The position numbers and the translations under genes were made by a program. From an uncultured delta proteobacterium (GTDB taxonomy: Bacteria > RBG-13-61-14 > DRUE01): DNA of 43,576 nt. This document shows, piece by piece, positions 17,317 to 26,810 of this stretch (its first letter is position 1; every line of letters begins with the position of its first letter). The stretch is taken from the NCBI GenBank assembly GCA_903930515.1, contig CAIYYW010000310.1, positions 1 through 43,576 of the forward strand, written 5' to 3'. The notes below the pieces were generated by a model. The model saw only the letters and a list, made by a program, of their open reading frames with translations, was not told where the DNA came from and ran no database searches.

Positions 17317-18426
17317 TTCCTCTCACTCGCCTCCTTCTTGAGATACGCAAACACGAACGGCTCCAACTTTCCATCCAGCACGGCCTGGACATTCCCGGAC
17401 TCGTAACCGGTCCGGTTGTCCTTGATCAACTGGTAAGGCTGGAGCACATAGGATCGGATCTGGGACCCCCACTCGATGTCCTTTTTATCGGCGTGAAATT
17501 CTTTCTCAAATTTTTCCTTGCGCTCGCTCTGCTCTTTTTCATAGAGCCGCGCCTTTAAAATTCTCATGGCGGTGGCCTTGTTCTGGTGCTGGCTTCTCTC
17601 GTTCTGGCACTGGACCACGATATTGGTGGGCAGGTGGGTGATGCGCACCGCGGAATCCGTGGTGTTCACGCCCTGCCCGCCCTTTCCCTGGCTGCGATAA
17701 ACATCTATGCGCAGGTCTTTGTCCTCCACTTTGAGATCAACCTCCTCCTCAATGTCCGGCATGGCATAGACCGCGGCGAAGCTGGTGTGGCGCCGCTTGT
17801 TGGCGTCATAGGGGCTGATCCGGACTAATCGGTGCACGCCGGTTTCGGACCGGAGCCAGCCGAAGGCATATTTCCCCGTGACCATCAGGATCGCGTTTTT
17901 GATTCCGGCTTCCTCGCCGGCCTGGAGGTCAACCACCTGGCCGTCGAACCCCATCTGCTGACAATACCTGAGATACATCCGGAGCAGGATGCTGGCCCAG
18001 TCCATGGCCTCGGTCCCGCCGGCGCCGGAGTTGATGGAAAGGAATGCGTCCTTGGCGTCGTTCTGACCGGTGAACAGTTGCTCGGTCTGCCAGCGTTCGA
18101 TTTCCTTTTCAGTTTGCTCCAGGGTTTGCTTGATCTCCGGTTCCAGGCTGTTGTTTTTATCTTCTCCGGCCAGCTCAATCAGCACCTGCAGGTCCTCCAC
18201 ATCTTTCCCCATCTTTTCAAAACTCTGAAGGCGGTCCTTGACCTGGGCGAATTCCTTATTGACTTTTTTGGCCTGATCGGCGTTCTGCCAGAGGTTGGTA
18301 TCCTTCAGTTTTTCTTCCAGCTCCGAGACGCGTTTCCTCCAACCGTCCAGGTCAAAGAAACCCCCGCATTTCCTTGATTTGACCCGACAGCTTCACGGCG
18401 CGTTCCTGATATTCTTCCAACATCAT
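17313..18426 (-). CDS. prfB: peptide chain release factor 2, requires programmed +1 frameshift
   Basis: Frame 0 runs 18426..18355 (24 codons, [24 protein letters not shown]) and ends at an in-frame TGA (18354-18352). After skipping T18354, the reading continues from GAC at 18353 in frame with the 299-aa track ORF (17313..18212). GGQ motif present (GKGGQGVN). About 370 aa in total. Confidence 0.93.
18351..18366 (-). promoter_or_regulatory. RF2 autoregulatory +1 frameshift site
   Basis: Minus strand reads CGG GGG TTT CTT TGA C: an SD-like GGGGG three nt upstream of the slippery CTT, then TGA-C, matching the canonical bacterial prfB site. Confidence 0.9.
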
Positions 18427-20009
18427 TTTCCGGTTCTCCTCATTTTCTCTTTCCGCTTTTTAAGAAGGATACCGATTAGGGACAGGCTCGTCAAGGCCAG
18501 GGACAGGATCGGGAACCAATCCCCATATTGAGTGTAGGGGGTATGGAGCGGAGAGGGCTTGACGATTCCTTCCAGGGCGGCGATCTCAAAAATGCCGGTC
18601 TGCTTGAGAATCCTTCCGGCCGGGTCGCAGATGCAACTGACCCCGGTGTTGGCGGCGCGCAGGAAATAGACTCGGTTTTCCACCGCCCGGAGGGCGATGT
18701 TGGAGTTGTGCTGATAGGGGGCGCTGGTGGGTCCGAACCATGCGTCGTTGGTGATGGTGCTCATAATTTGGGCGCCGGCCCTGGGGAATTTCCGGACCAG
18801 GTTGGGAAAGATCAACTCGTAGCAGATCACGCAGGCGATCTTGAATTTGCCGGTTTCAAAGACCGTGACCTTTTTTCCCGGCGTGGTATTCCCGGTGTTG
18901 CCTCCGGCGATGGCGTCCACCCAGAACAATAATTTCTGGATCGGCACATATTCCCCGAACGGGACCAGGTGCATTTTGTCATATCTTCCGGCAATTTTTT
19001 CCGCGAAAGGCGAAAGCAGATAGGCGCTGTTGAAGTTTAATCTTTGGTCGCCCTCAAATTCGCGGCTGATGCTCCCGACCAGGAAGTAGGAATCAAAGAC
19101 GCTGATCTGTTTGATCATCTCGCTCTCGGAGCGGTTCTCCCAGCTGAGGTTGAAATAATCCGTAATCGAGGCCTCGGGCCAGACCAGCAGGTCTTGCTTA
19201 TCCTTGAGCAGGGATTGGCTTAAGGCGATGTGGCGGGAGAGGGTGTTCCAGAAAAAAAACGGGTTCCATTTTACTCCCTGGTCAATATTGCCCTGGACGA
19301 TCGCGACCTTGATTTCCGGCTGATGGGCAAAGGCGCGGTCAACCGATCGGATCCGGAGGCCGCCGTAGCCGAGGTTGGCGAGGAACAGGAATAGGGCGAC
19401 GCCGAATTCCAGCACGGCCTTTTTCGGGATCGGCCATTTCTGGAACAGGGAGGCGCTCCCGAAGTTTACCAGGGCGACCAGCCAGGAGACGATCCATACC
19501 CCGGCCAGTTCGGAGATTTGGATCGCGCCCAGGAATTTATATTGAGAAGACCCGAGCATTGCCCATGCGAACCCGCCGAGCGGGAAATAGTTTCGGATAT
19601 ATTCCAGGCTGACCCAGATCAGGGGGCCGATCAGGAGAAGGCTGAGCTTGAAGTTGAGCTGAACCGCCCGGACCAGGGCGCAAAAAACCGCGAGATAGCC
19701 GGAGAGCATCAGGGCCAGCAGAAGCAGGACCGGGTAAGCAAGCCCCTTGCTCATCCCGGCATAATTGATCATACAATAAGGGATCCAGTAATAGGTCCCC
19801 AAATTTCCGATCATCCCCGCGATCAAGCCGAGCCAGAAAGATCGTCCGGCGGAGGCGCTCCGGATCGAGATCAGGAGCGGGACCAGACAGAACCAGGCGA
19901 GCGGGGTCAGGGTGATGCCGCGGGCAAGGGGAAAGCTGAGCCAGATCAAAACGCCGGAAAGGGCGGCGAGCGAGATTTGGATCAGGGTATGGCGGCTGAT
20001 TTTTTTCAT
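18423..20009 (-). CDS. lnt: apolipoprotein N-acyltransferase
   Basis: The track ORF extends to 20264, but the plausible start is MKKISRHTLIQISLAALSG at 20009, 1 nt after the ybeY stop. N-terminal polytopic region plus a CN-hydrolase domain (LVWPE, CVICYE). Its stop overlaps the prfB ATG (ATGA). Confidence 0.9.
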   Translation of the reverse strand: MKKISRHTLIQISLAALSGVLIWLSFPLARGITLTPLAWFCLVPLLISIRSASAGRSFWLGLIAGMIGNLGTYYWIPYCMINYAGMSKGLAYPVLLLLALMLSGYLAVFCALVRAVQLNFKLSLLLIGPLIWVSLEYIRNYFPLGGFAWAMLGSSQYKFLGAIQISELAGVWIVSWLVALVNFGSASLFQKWPIPKKAVLEFGVALFLFLANLGYGGLRIRSVDRAFAHQPEIKVAIVQGNIDQGVKWNPFFFWNTLSRHIALSQSLLKDKQDLLVWPEASITDYFNLSWENRSESEMIKQISVFDSYFLVGSISREFEGDQRLNFNSAYLLSPFAEKIAGRYDKMHLVPFGEYVPIQKLLFWVDAIAGGNTGNTTPGKKVTVFETGKFKIACVICYELIFPNLVRKFPRAGAQIMSTITNDAWFGPTSAPYQHNSNIALRAVENRVYFLRAANTGVSCICDPAGRILKQTGIFEIAALEGIVKPSPLHTPYTQYGDWFPILSLALTSLSLIGILLKKRKEKMRRTGK

Positions 20010-20010
20010 T

Positions 20011-20484
20011 TCATTTTTTGAGTCTGTCCAACAGTTCTTGTTCCTTCTTCCGCATCCGGGCCGCCTCTTTGGGGTTTCGCTCGTGATCATATCCGAGCAG
20101 GTGGAGGATTCCGTGGGCGAGGAGGAGTTCCAATTCGGCTTCCAGCGAATGATGATGCTGTTTGGCCTGAGCCTCCGCGGTTTCCAACGAGATGACAATA
20201 TCTCCCAAAACCGGGTCGTTTGGATCGGCCTCCGGGCCTTCGCGCTGGGGAAAGGCGAGCACATCGGTTGGCCGGTTTTTATTTCTCCAGGTCCGGTTCA
20301 ATTCCCGGATGGCTTGATCATCCGCCAACAGGATGCTGAGCTCGACGGGATCAACTTCCAAGTCGTTTAAGAACTTCCTTGCTTTTGCCGTTATCTGTTT
20401 CTTTATGTTCTTTCGGCTCCGCGGGTTCCGAGCCGAAATCCGGATTGCTGTCTTTTTTCCGCGCACCCTGAACTCCTTTTTCAA
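20011..20484 (-). CDS. ybeY: rRNA maturation endoribonuclease YbeY
   Basis: 157-aa ORF. HGILHLLGYDH zinc motif, PTDVLAFP, and ELSILLADD beta strand. Start chosen at the only Met. Overlaps the upstream gene by 134 nt. Confidence 0.88.
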   Translation of the reverse strand: MKKEFRVRGKKTAIRISARNPRSRKNIKKQITAKARKFLNDLEVDPVELSILLADDQAIRELNRTWRNKNRPTDVLAFPQREGPEADPNDPVLGDIVISLETAEAQAKQHHHSLEAELELLLAHGILHLLGYDHERNPKEAARMRKKEQELLDRLKK

Positions 20485-22774
20485 CCGGCTCCGGGTAGTC
20501 CGGCCGGGTATGATACATTGCCCCGAGGATCTTGGTAAAGGCCTTGGCGATTTCGTGGAGGTTTTTGAGGGTCAGTTCGCAATCTTCTAGTTGCCCGTCC
20601 ACGAACACCCGGTTGATCAGGTTCTGGACCATCCCCTGGATCTTGGCCGGGTTGGGCTCGCGGATGCTCCGGGCCGCGCTTTCCACGATGTCGGCCAAAA
20701 GCAGGATTCCGGCCTCGCGGGTTTGGGGCCGGGGTCCGGGATACCGGAAGTCCAGTTCGTCAATGGTGTCAATCTCCGGGTCTTCCAGCTCCTTGGCTTT
20801 TTCATAAAAAAACTTGATCAGGCCGGTGCCGTGATGTTGCTGGACTGCGTCCACCACATCCTTGGGCAGGTTGTATTTTTCCGCCAGCTCCATCCCTTCC
20901 TTGACATGCTTGATCAGGATCAGCGCGCTCATGGTGGGCCGGATTTTGGAATGGGGATTTTTTTCTTCCCACTGGTTTTCCGCGAAATACTGGGGCATTT
21001 CCATCTTGCCGATGTCGTGATACATCGCCATCACCCGGGCCAACAGCGGGTTGGCGCCGATCGCCTCGGCCGCGGCCTCGGCCAGGTTGGCGGTGAGCAG
21101 GGAATGTTGATGGGTGCCGCTGGCCTTGAGGCTCAGTTCCTTGAGCAGGGGGTGCTCCTGGTTGAGCAACTCCAGCAGTTTGATGTTGGTGGCGTATCCG
21201 AACACCGATTCCACGATCGGGGTGACCCCGGTGACCACGATCGCGGCGAAGATCCCGCCGAACAGCGCGAACATCAAGTTATAGATCAGCAGTTCCTGAT
21301 CCCGGACGGTGTTCTGGATCATCGCGAAGCTCGCCGCCACAATGAAACTGACCAGGCCCAGATAGATTCCGGCCCGGAAAATTTTTCCCCGCTGCTCGCA
21401 GGTGCCGACCTCGCTCGCGGCCACCACGCTTCCGAGCAGGAAATAGACCACGGGATAGAAGTCAAACCCGGTGACCATGCCGCTGAAGCCGCTGAGCAGG
21501 AACGAATAAATCATCGCGGTCTCGCTGTTCATCACCATCCGGACCAGCATCGCGCTCCCGGCGATCCCGGCCAGGTAATAGAAATTGATCCCGTCGGGCA
21601 GGCTCAGGCTTTCTTTGAGGTTTGCCCCCAGGGATTCGGCCAGTTTCAATGCCGCCAGGCTCAGGATCAGGAGCAGGCTCAGGAACAACAGGTCCCGCAC
21701 GGTGAGCCGGAATTTCTTGATGTTGTGCTCGGCGAAATGGAAGACGAAATACTGGCTGAGCCAGATTAAAATCAGCATCCCCAGGATCAAGAGCCAGCTT
21801 TCAAACGGGGTCCGGATATTCTGGATCGCCTCGATCTTCTTCCACTGATCCTCGTTGATCCGGTCTCCCTTGCGGACGATCACTTCTCCTTTTTTCAACT
21901 TGAAATACACCGGCTTGACCCCGGACACCGCCCGGGTTTTGGATTCCTCGGTCTCGAGCTGGTTTAAGGCCAGGTCGGGCTGAAGGGATTCCGAGACGAT
22001 CTTCCCGATCAGTTTTTGCAGCTCAAAGGGGTAACCGGGGAATTCCTGCTTGACCATCAGGTCAAGTTCCTTCCTGACCTCGGAGAGGTCGCGCACCTGG
22101 CTGAAATCCGAGAGCGGGCTGCGCTGGTCGGTCTTGAGGTTCCGGATCACGATGCCGTTGGCGCCGCTTTTTTGAAACAGGCTCCGGCTGCTGACCAGGG
22201 GCCGGCCGAAAATTTCATTGACCAGGGTCTGTCCGCGGTTGAGGATTTCCTGCGAAAAGCGGAACTTGCGGAGCAGGTCTATCTCGGACTGGCTCAGCTC
22301 CACTCCCAGTTCGCTGATCAGCTCGTCCTCGCGATCCTTCTGGAAGGCGGAGGGGACGGAGATGGTTTCCCCGCGGTTCCCGGGCGAGAGCCGGTATAAT
22401 TCGCGCATCCCGGAGAAGAATCCCTCCAGTTTCTGGTTGAGGCTGGCAGGGAGGTCGGGGGAGAAATCATAAACTTCCGGGGTTTGCTCCGAGGCGCTCT
22501 TCTGGTATTGGGCGATGGTGACCAGATCCTGGACTTCCAGATCCTGAAGCACCCGGATGGTTTTATCGGCGATCTCTCCCGCCTGATACTTCCGGGCGGT
22601 GATATACTGGCGGGGGTAAAAGATGATCGCGATCAGGATCAGGCTCACCGCCAGATAGATCAACCCCTTGACCAGTTGCGGACGGGAGCGGTAGTAGAGT
22701 TGGAGTTGTTTGTCCCAGTTCTGTTTTCTTTCCAGTCCGGATAGTTTGGTATTTTTTGCTGAATGGTTCATCAA
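20351..22774 (-). CDS. 7TM-receptor HD-domain phosphohydrolase (PgpH/7TMR-HDED family)
   Basis: 807-aa ORF. N-terminal extracytoplasmic region, 7 TM helices, and a C-terminal HD domain (HQHSLLTANL, YHDIGKM, VQQHHG). Sits in the conserved phoH-HD-ybeY arrangement. Confidence 0.88.
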   Translation of the reverse strand: MMNHSAKNTKLSGLERKQNWDKQLQLYYRSRPQLVKGLIYLAVSLILIAIIFYPRQYITARKYQAGEIADKTIRVLQDLEVQDLVTIAQYQKSASEQTPEVYDFSPDLPASLNQKLEGFFSGMRELYRLSPGNRGETISVPSAFQKDREDELISELGVELSQSEIDLLRKFRFSQEILNRGQTLVNEIFGRPLVSSRSLFQKSGANGIVIRNLKTDQRSPLSDFSQVRDLSEVRKELDLMVKQEFPGYPFELQKLIGKIVSESLQPDLALNQLETEESKTRAVSGVKPVYFKLKKGEVIVRKGDRINEDQWKKIEAIQNIRTPFESWLLILGMLILIWLSQYFVFHFAEHNIKKFRLTVRDLLFLSLLLILSLAALKLAESLGANLKESLSLPDGINFYYLAGIAGSAMLVRMVMNSETAMIYSFLLSGFSGMVTGFDFYPVVYFLLGSVVAASEVGTCEQRGKIFRAGIYLGLVSFIVAASFAMIQNTVRDQELLIYNLMFALFGGIFAAIVVTGVTPIVESVFGYATNIKLLELLNQEHPLLKELSLKASGTHQHSLLTANLAEAAAEAIGANPLLARVMAMYHDIGKMEMPQYFAENQWEEKNPHSKIRPTMSALILIKHVKEGMELAEKYNLPKDVVDAVQQHHGTGLIKFFYEKAKELEDPEIDTIDELDFRYPGPRPQTREAGILLLADIVESAARSIREPNPAKIQGMVQNLINRVFVDGQLEDCELTLKNLHEIAKAFTKILGAMYHTRPDYPEPVEKGVQGARKKDSNPDFGSEPAEPKEHKETDNGKSKEVLKRLGS

Positions 22775-22792
22775 AATCCGCTCCCGTCGGGA

Positions 22793-23776
22793 TCAGTGGT
22801 TCCGAATTCTCTTCCGCTCGTCCTCGTCGTAGGCCTTGATGATTTTCTGGACCAGCGGGTGGCGGACCACATCCTGCTCGGTAAAGTAGCTGAAATGAAT
22901 CCCGGGAATATCCTGGAGGATTTTGCCGACATGAATCAAGCCGCTCTGGTCGGGCGAGGCCAGGTCAACTTGGGTGATGTCTCCGGTGATCACGGCTTGG
23001 GAATCGAACCCGAGCCGGGTTAAGAACATTTTCATCTGGAGGATGGTGGTGTTCTGGGCCTCGTCCAGGATCACGAAGCTGTTGTGCAGGGTCCGGCCGC
23101 GCATAAAGGCGAGCGGGGCCACTTCAATGATCCCCCGATCAATCAGGCGGGAGGCCCGTTCCAGATCCATCATATCGTGGAGCGCGTCATAGAGCGGCCG
23201 GAGATAGGGGTTGACCTTTTCAATCAAATCCCCGGGCAAAAACCCCAGCTTCTCTCCCGCTTCCACCGCGGGCCGGGTCAAAATTATCCGGCTCACCTCG
23301 CCTTGGGTCAAGGCCTGCACCGCCATTGCCATCGCCAGATAGGTCTTTCCGGTTCCGGCCGGGCCGATGGAAAAGACAATATCGTTATTCCGGATTGCCT
23401 CCAGGTATTCGCGCTGGGCGATGCTTTTGGGAAGGATCGGCTTCCGTCTCCCGGCAAAGGTCATTCCCTCCTGGTAAAGTCTTTCCAAATGCAATTCCGG
23501 GTTCTGGCTGATCATCTTCACCGCCGGCCCCAGATCGTTTTCTGTGACTGTGAACCCTTTCTTGAGCAGATGATAAAGCTCGTTCACCACCCGTTTGGCC
23601 ACCTGCACCTCCGCCTCTGAGCCGAGTATGCGGATGGTATTGCCCCGGGCATGGATTTCCACTTCAGTGAGCTCTTCCAGGCGTTTCAGGTTCCGGTGAT
23701 GTTCTCCGAACAGGACTCGGGCCAGATTAGTGTCTTCCAGCACCAGGTCTATAGAGCTATCTACTCTTCTGTTCAT
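22793..23776 (-). CDS. phoH: PhoH-like ATPase (PhoH/YbeZ)
   Basis: 327-aa ORF. Walker A GPAGTGKTYLAMA, ILDEAQN, and an N-terminal KH-like segment. Confidence 0.92.
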   Translation of the reverse strand: MNRRVDSSIDLVLEDTNLARVLFGEHHRNLKRLEELTEVEIHARGNTIRILGSEAEVQVAKRVVNELYHLLKKGFTVTENDLGPAVKMISQNPELHLERLYQEGMTFAGRRKPILPKSIAQREYLEAIRNNDIVFSIGPAGTGKTYLAMAMAVQALTQGEVSRIILTRPAVEAGEKLGFLPGDLIEKVNPYLRPLYDALHDMMDLERASRLIDRGIIEVAPLAFMRGRTLHNSFVILDEAQNTTILQMKMFLTRLGFDSQAVITGDITQVDLASPDQSGLIHVGKILQDIPGIHFSYFTEQDVVRHPLVQKIIKAYDEDERKRIRNH

Positions 23777-23796
23777 AAATTTACAGCCCTGACCGA

Positions 23797-24846
23797 TTAG
23801 GGCCTCGGGCCGCTGATTTGGTAACCCCCTTCTTCATAATAGTATTGCCGTTTTTGACCGAATTTCAAGTCCGATTCCGGCAAAATGCCCTTCCGGCTCA
23901 ATTCCGAAAGCGTCTGGGGATATGATCCCTGCTCCAGCCGGTAAATCTCCAACCCCTGTCTTATCCGTTCTTCCTGCCAAGTCCGGGCTGGACCGGTGAT
24001 CGAGGCCTTTTCCGGTCCGGAAAGATAAATCCGGATCCCATTCGCGGACAATCCCAGCAGGAGCGCGATCAAGACCCAGAAGGCCGATTGATAAACCAAT
24101 CCGGAAATGGATTTCCCGGCCGCCCCCTTTTCCTCGACCACCATCTCCGGCTCGATCCTGCCGATCCGCTTCAGGTCCGCCAGTATTTTCATCGCCTCAA
24201 ACCTGGTGAGCATCGTTAGAGACGCGATCTCGGCAATGGTTTTTCTGCCGTCAACCCACTGGTAAATCCGGGCTTGGTCATCCTTAAGCCGGTCCTCGGT
24301 TCCAAATTCCCCCCCCCTTTTCCGGAAAACGCCCTCCATCGGGCCGATCTCCTTAAGCAGCCTGGCCCACTCGTCCTTGATCCGATACCCGTCCATCAGC
24401 ACCTGCTCGGTGTCTATCTCCACCACATAAGACGGGTGATAGTTGACCGGCTCCGCCTCAAATTCGTATTCGCCCTCCTTAAGCAGGAACAGTTGATTGA
24501 TCAGGTCCATATTCCGGGTAAAAATGTAGGTCTTCAGGTCCAGCGCCGAGATCAATTCCAGCCCGGCCAGAACCGCCTCCAAAGGTTTGAGCTCGGATTT
24601 GGACTTCTGCTCCGCTAACCTGGCCTGGTTCAAAGGCACCGCCCCGGCCCGGACCAGGTAATCGGAAAGAGATTCGCCCCGGGCCGCGGGTTTTTTTTCA
24701 ATCTGGACGATCTTGCCCTCGCTGATCAGGATATGGTATTCGCCCTGGTCGCTCTTGACCTCCAGTCGGCCGGTGCGGCGCTGTCCGCTGATCAGTTGCA
24801 GGATTGCCGAAATGCCGAAATCCCGGAGTGAACCATTGAGTCCCAT
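23797..24846 (-). CDS. DUF4388-type domain protein with one TM helix and GspG-like C-terminal module
   Basis: 349-aa ORF. N-terminal GSLRDFGISAILQLISGQRRTGRLEV is typical of DUF4388. TM helix LVYQSAFWVLIALLLGL. C-terminal YRLEQGSYPQTLSELSRKGILPES is pseudopilin-G-like. Confidence 0.75.
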   Translation of the reverse strand: MGLNGSLRDFGISAILQLISGQRRTGRLEVKSDQGEYHILISEGKIVQIEKKPAARGESLSDYLVRAGAVPLNQARLAEQKSKSELKPLEAVLAGLELISALDLKTYIFTRNMDLINQLFLLKEGEYEFEAEPVNYHPSYVVEIDTEQVLMDGYRIKDEWARLLKEIGPMEGVFRKRGGEFGTEDRLKDDQARIYQWVDGRKTIAEIASLTMLTRFEAMKILADLKRIGRIEPEMVVEEKGAAGKSISGLVYQSAFWVLIALLLGLSANGIRIYLSGPEKASITGPARTWQEERIRQGLEIYRLEQGSYPQTLSELSRKGILPESDLKFGQKRQYYYEEGGYQISGPRP

Positions 24847-26670
24847 TTAGACCTCCACCGAAGTCAGCTTGAGGTAGAGCAGGATGGAGACCAGGCTGAA
24901 CAGCAAATAGATTCCGGCCCCAACCAGAACCCAGGTTTGCCATAAGCCGGCCCCGGGAACCAGCATCGCCGGAAGCTCCCAGCTCAAGTAGATGCCGGAT
25001 AAAAACAGGACCGGCCAGATCATCAGGGTCAAACCGGTAACAGCTTTTTCCTCTAAAAACAGGCCGGAGCCGGGAACCGCCAGGTTGAGGCCGATCCCGA
25101 TCCAGCCGATCAGGCGATGATAGTTATGCGCCAGGGCTTTCTGCTCCATCTTCAGCTTGGGGTCAACCGCCTTTCCGGAAAAATAGATCTGGTGGCAGGG
25201 TCCGCAAACCCCGATCTCCCGGCTCTCCGGCAGACATTTCGGGCAGATGATCCGGCCGCAATACCGGCAGGTCCGGACCTGGTTCCGCAGACCAATCGCC
25301 AGCAGAAGGATAAACCCCAGGATGAACAGAAAGATCCCGCCGCGGCCAGATTTTAACACCATAGACCAGGCCCGGACCGGGACCAATTCCTTTTCCAGCA
25401 ATTGCGCCGGCAAGCTCATCCGGACCGGAACCACATTTGCCTTGAGCAGGCTTTTCTCCAAATCCACCCGGGCCACCATCTGTTCGTCCAGTTCCCGCGC
25501 CTTTTGATAGGCCTGATCGGATTGGTCATACTTCTGACCCAGGCCGTAAGCCTGGCTCAGGTTGTAATAAATCTCCGCGGAACCCGGATCCAAGCCCTGT
25601 GCGCTCTCCAAAGTCTGGATCGCCTGATCCACTTGGTTGAATTCCAGGTGGAGCGCCCCCAGTTGATTATACGCAAACGCGGAAACCCCGTTGGTATGGG
25701 CCAGGCTGAGCAGGAGCGCGGAACTGTCATCGTATTTTCCCGCTCTCCGCTCCGCCTCGGCCAAAGCCAGGGTCAAAGTCGTGGAACCGTCGGTCTTGGG
25801 CTCGCTCCGGAGCAGGGCCAGGTCATTTTCGTCAATAATTCCCAGGTCCAGGTTTAGTTGGCTTAAAACCGCGCCTTTGTCCAATGGGATGATCAGGTCT
25901 TTTGCCTTTTGCTCGAAAAATCCCGGCAAGACCGAGAGTAGCAGGACCAGCATATAAATACCCTTGATCCGGTCCGTGGCAAAGCCCAGGCACAAAACCG
26001 CCGGCCAGGCCAAGACCATCCAGAAAGGGGCTCCCACGAAAAAAGGGATCAATAAGATCAGCAGGAGCGCCGGAAGGGATAGTTTGCGCGCAGGCTTCGG
26101 CCAGAGATGAGAGAACCAATGAAGGAACGGCCGGGAATAACGGCCGACCACCAGCAGGGAGAGGATGACCAGGAAGATCTTGATCAGACCGGCCGCTCCC
26201 ATCCAGGCCATTGCCTGGATCCTCAGCCGGGCCAAAAGGTCATAGTCCAAGAGCTTTAATCCCCGCTGGAACGCCGCGTAGGATTCTGACGGAGAAAACG
26301 CGCCCGGACTCAGGAACAGTTGGGCCTCGCCAAAAGCGGCTTCCGCGGAATGAGGCGCGAAATAATGGCTGTATTTCAGGAGACGGTCCCGCGTCGGAGC
26401 CGGCAAATGGGCCTGCTGGCAAAGGCGGATCAATTCCATCGAGTAGGCCGGCAAATCCTGGATCTGATAACCCCAGAGCGCGGCCAGGGCCTGGTCCAGA
26501 CTCTGGAATCCGGCCTGAGATTGTCCGGCCCGGAGAGACTTAATCCCCTCCTGAAAATTGCCGACCAAATCCTCCGGCAGCAACTGGTAATTCGGAACCT
26601 GCGCTCGAACCGTGCTCAACGCCAGCAAAGCCGCCCCCAGAGCAAAGCCAACTGTTAATCTTTTAGACAT
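24847..26670 (-). CDS. membrane protein with TPR repeats and an intramolecular Cys6 zinc-finger-like module
   Basis: 607-aa ORF. Signal peptide, several TM helices, TPR-like region (YNQLGALHLEFNQVDQAIQTLESAQGLDPGSAEIYYNLSQAYG), CRYCGRIICPKC-x9-CGPCH, and C-terminal TM helices. Zero-nt gap to the downstream DUF4388 gene. Confidence 0.75.
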   Translation of the reverse strand: MSKRLTVGFALGAALLALSTVRAQVPNYQLLPEDLVGNFQEGIKSLRAGQSQAGFQSLDQALAALWGYQIQDLPAYSMELIRLCQQAHLPAPTRDRLLKYSHYFAPHSAEAAFGEAQLFLSPGAFSPSESYAAFQRGLKLLDYDLLARLRIQAMAWMGAAGLIKIFLVILSLLVVGRYSRPFLHWFSHLWPKPARKLSLPALLLILLIPFFVGAPFWMVLAWPAVLCLGFATDRIKGIYMLVLLLSVLPGFFEQKAKDLIIPLDKGAVLSQLNLDLGIIDENDLALLRSEPKTDGSTTLTLALAEAERRAGKYDDSSALLLSLAHTNGVSAFAYNQLGALHLEFNQVDQAIQTLESAQGLDPGSAEIYYNLSQAYGLGQKYDQSDQAYQKARELDEQMVARVDLEKSLLKANVVPVRMSLPAQLLEKELVPVRAWSMVLKSGRGGIFLFILGFILLLAIGLRNQVRTCRYCGRIICPKCLPESREIGVCGPCHQIYFSGKAVDPKLKMEQKALAHNYHRLIGWIGIGLNLAVPGSGLFLEEKAVTGLTLMIWPVLFLSGIYLSWELPAMLVPGAGLWQTWVLVGAGIYLLFSLVSILLYLKLTSVEV

Positions 26671-26810
26671 CTCTTGGATACTTTTATACAGAATATCACA
26701 ATCCCGGAAAAATTGACAATTTCAGGGGAGCCGGGATTTCTTGCTTGCCCGAAGAAGGTCAAAAGAGCGGAGGCTGGTCAGATGATTGCCAACTGGGCAA
26801 CCGGCGGAAT

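Noticed and set aside
20010-20264. N-terminal 85-aa extension of the lnt ORF (track start 20264).
   Set aside because: The extension overlaps ybeY in another frame and is Arg/Ser/Pro-rich. The Met at 20009 begins a proper membrane N-terminus 1 nt after the ybeY stop.
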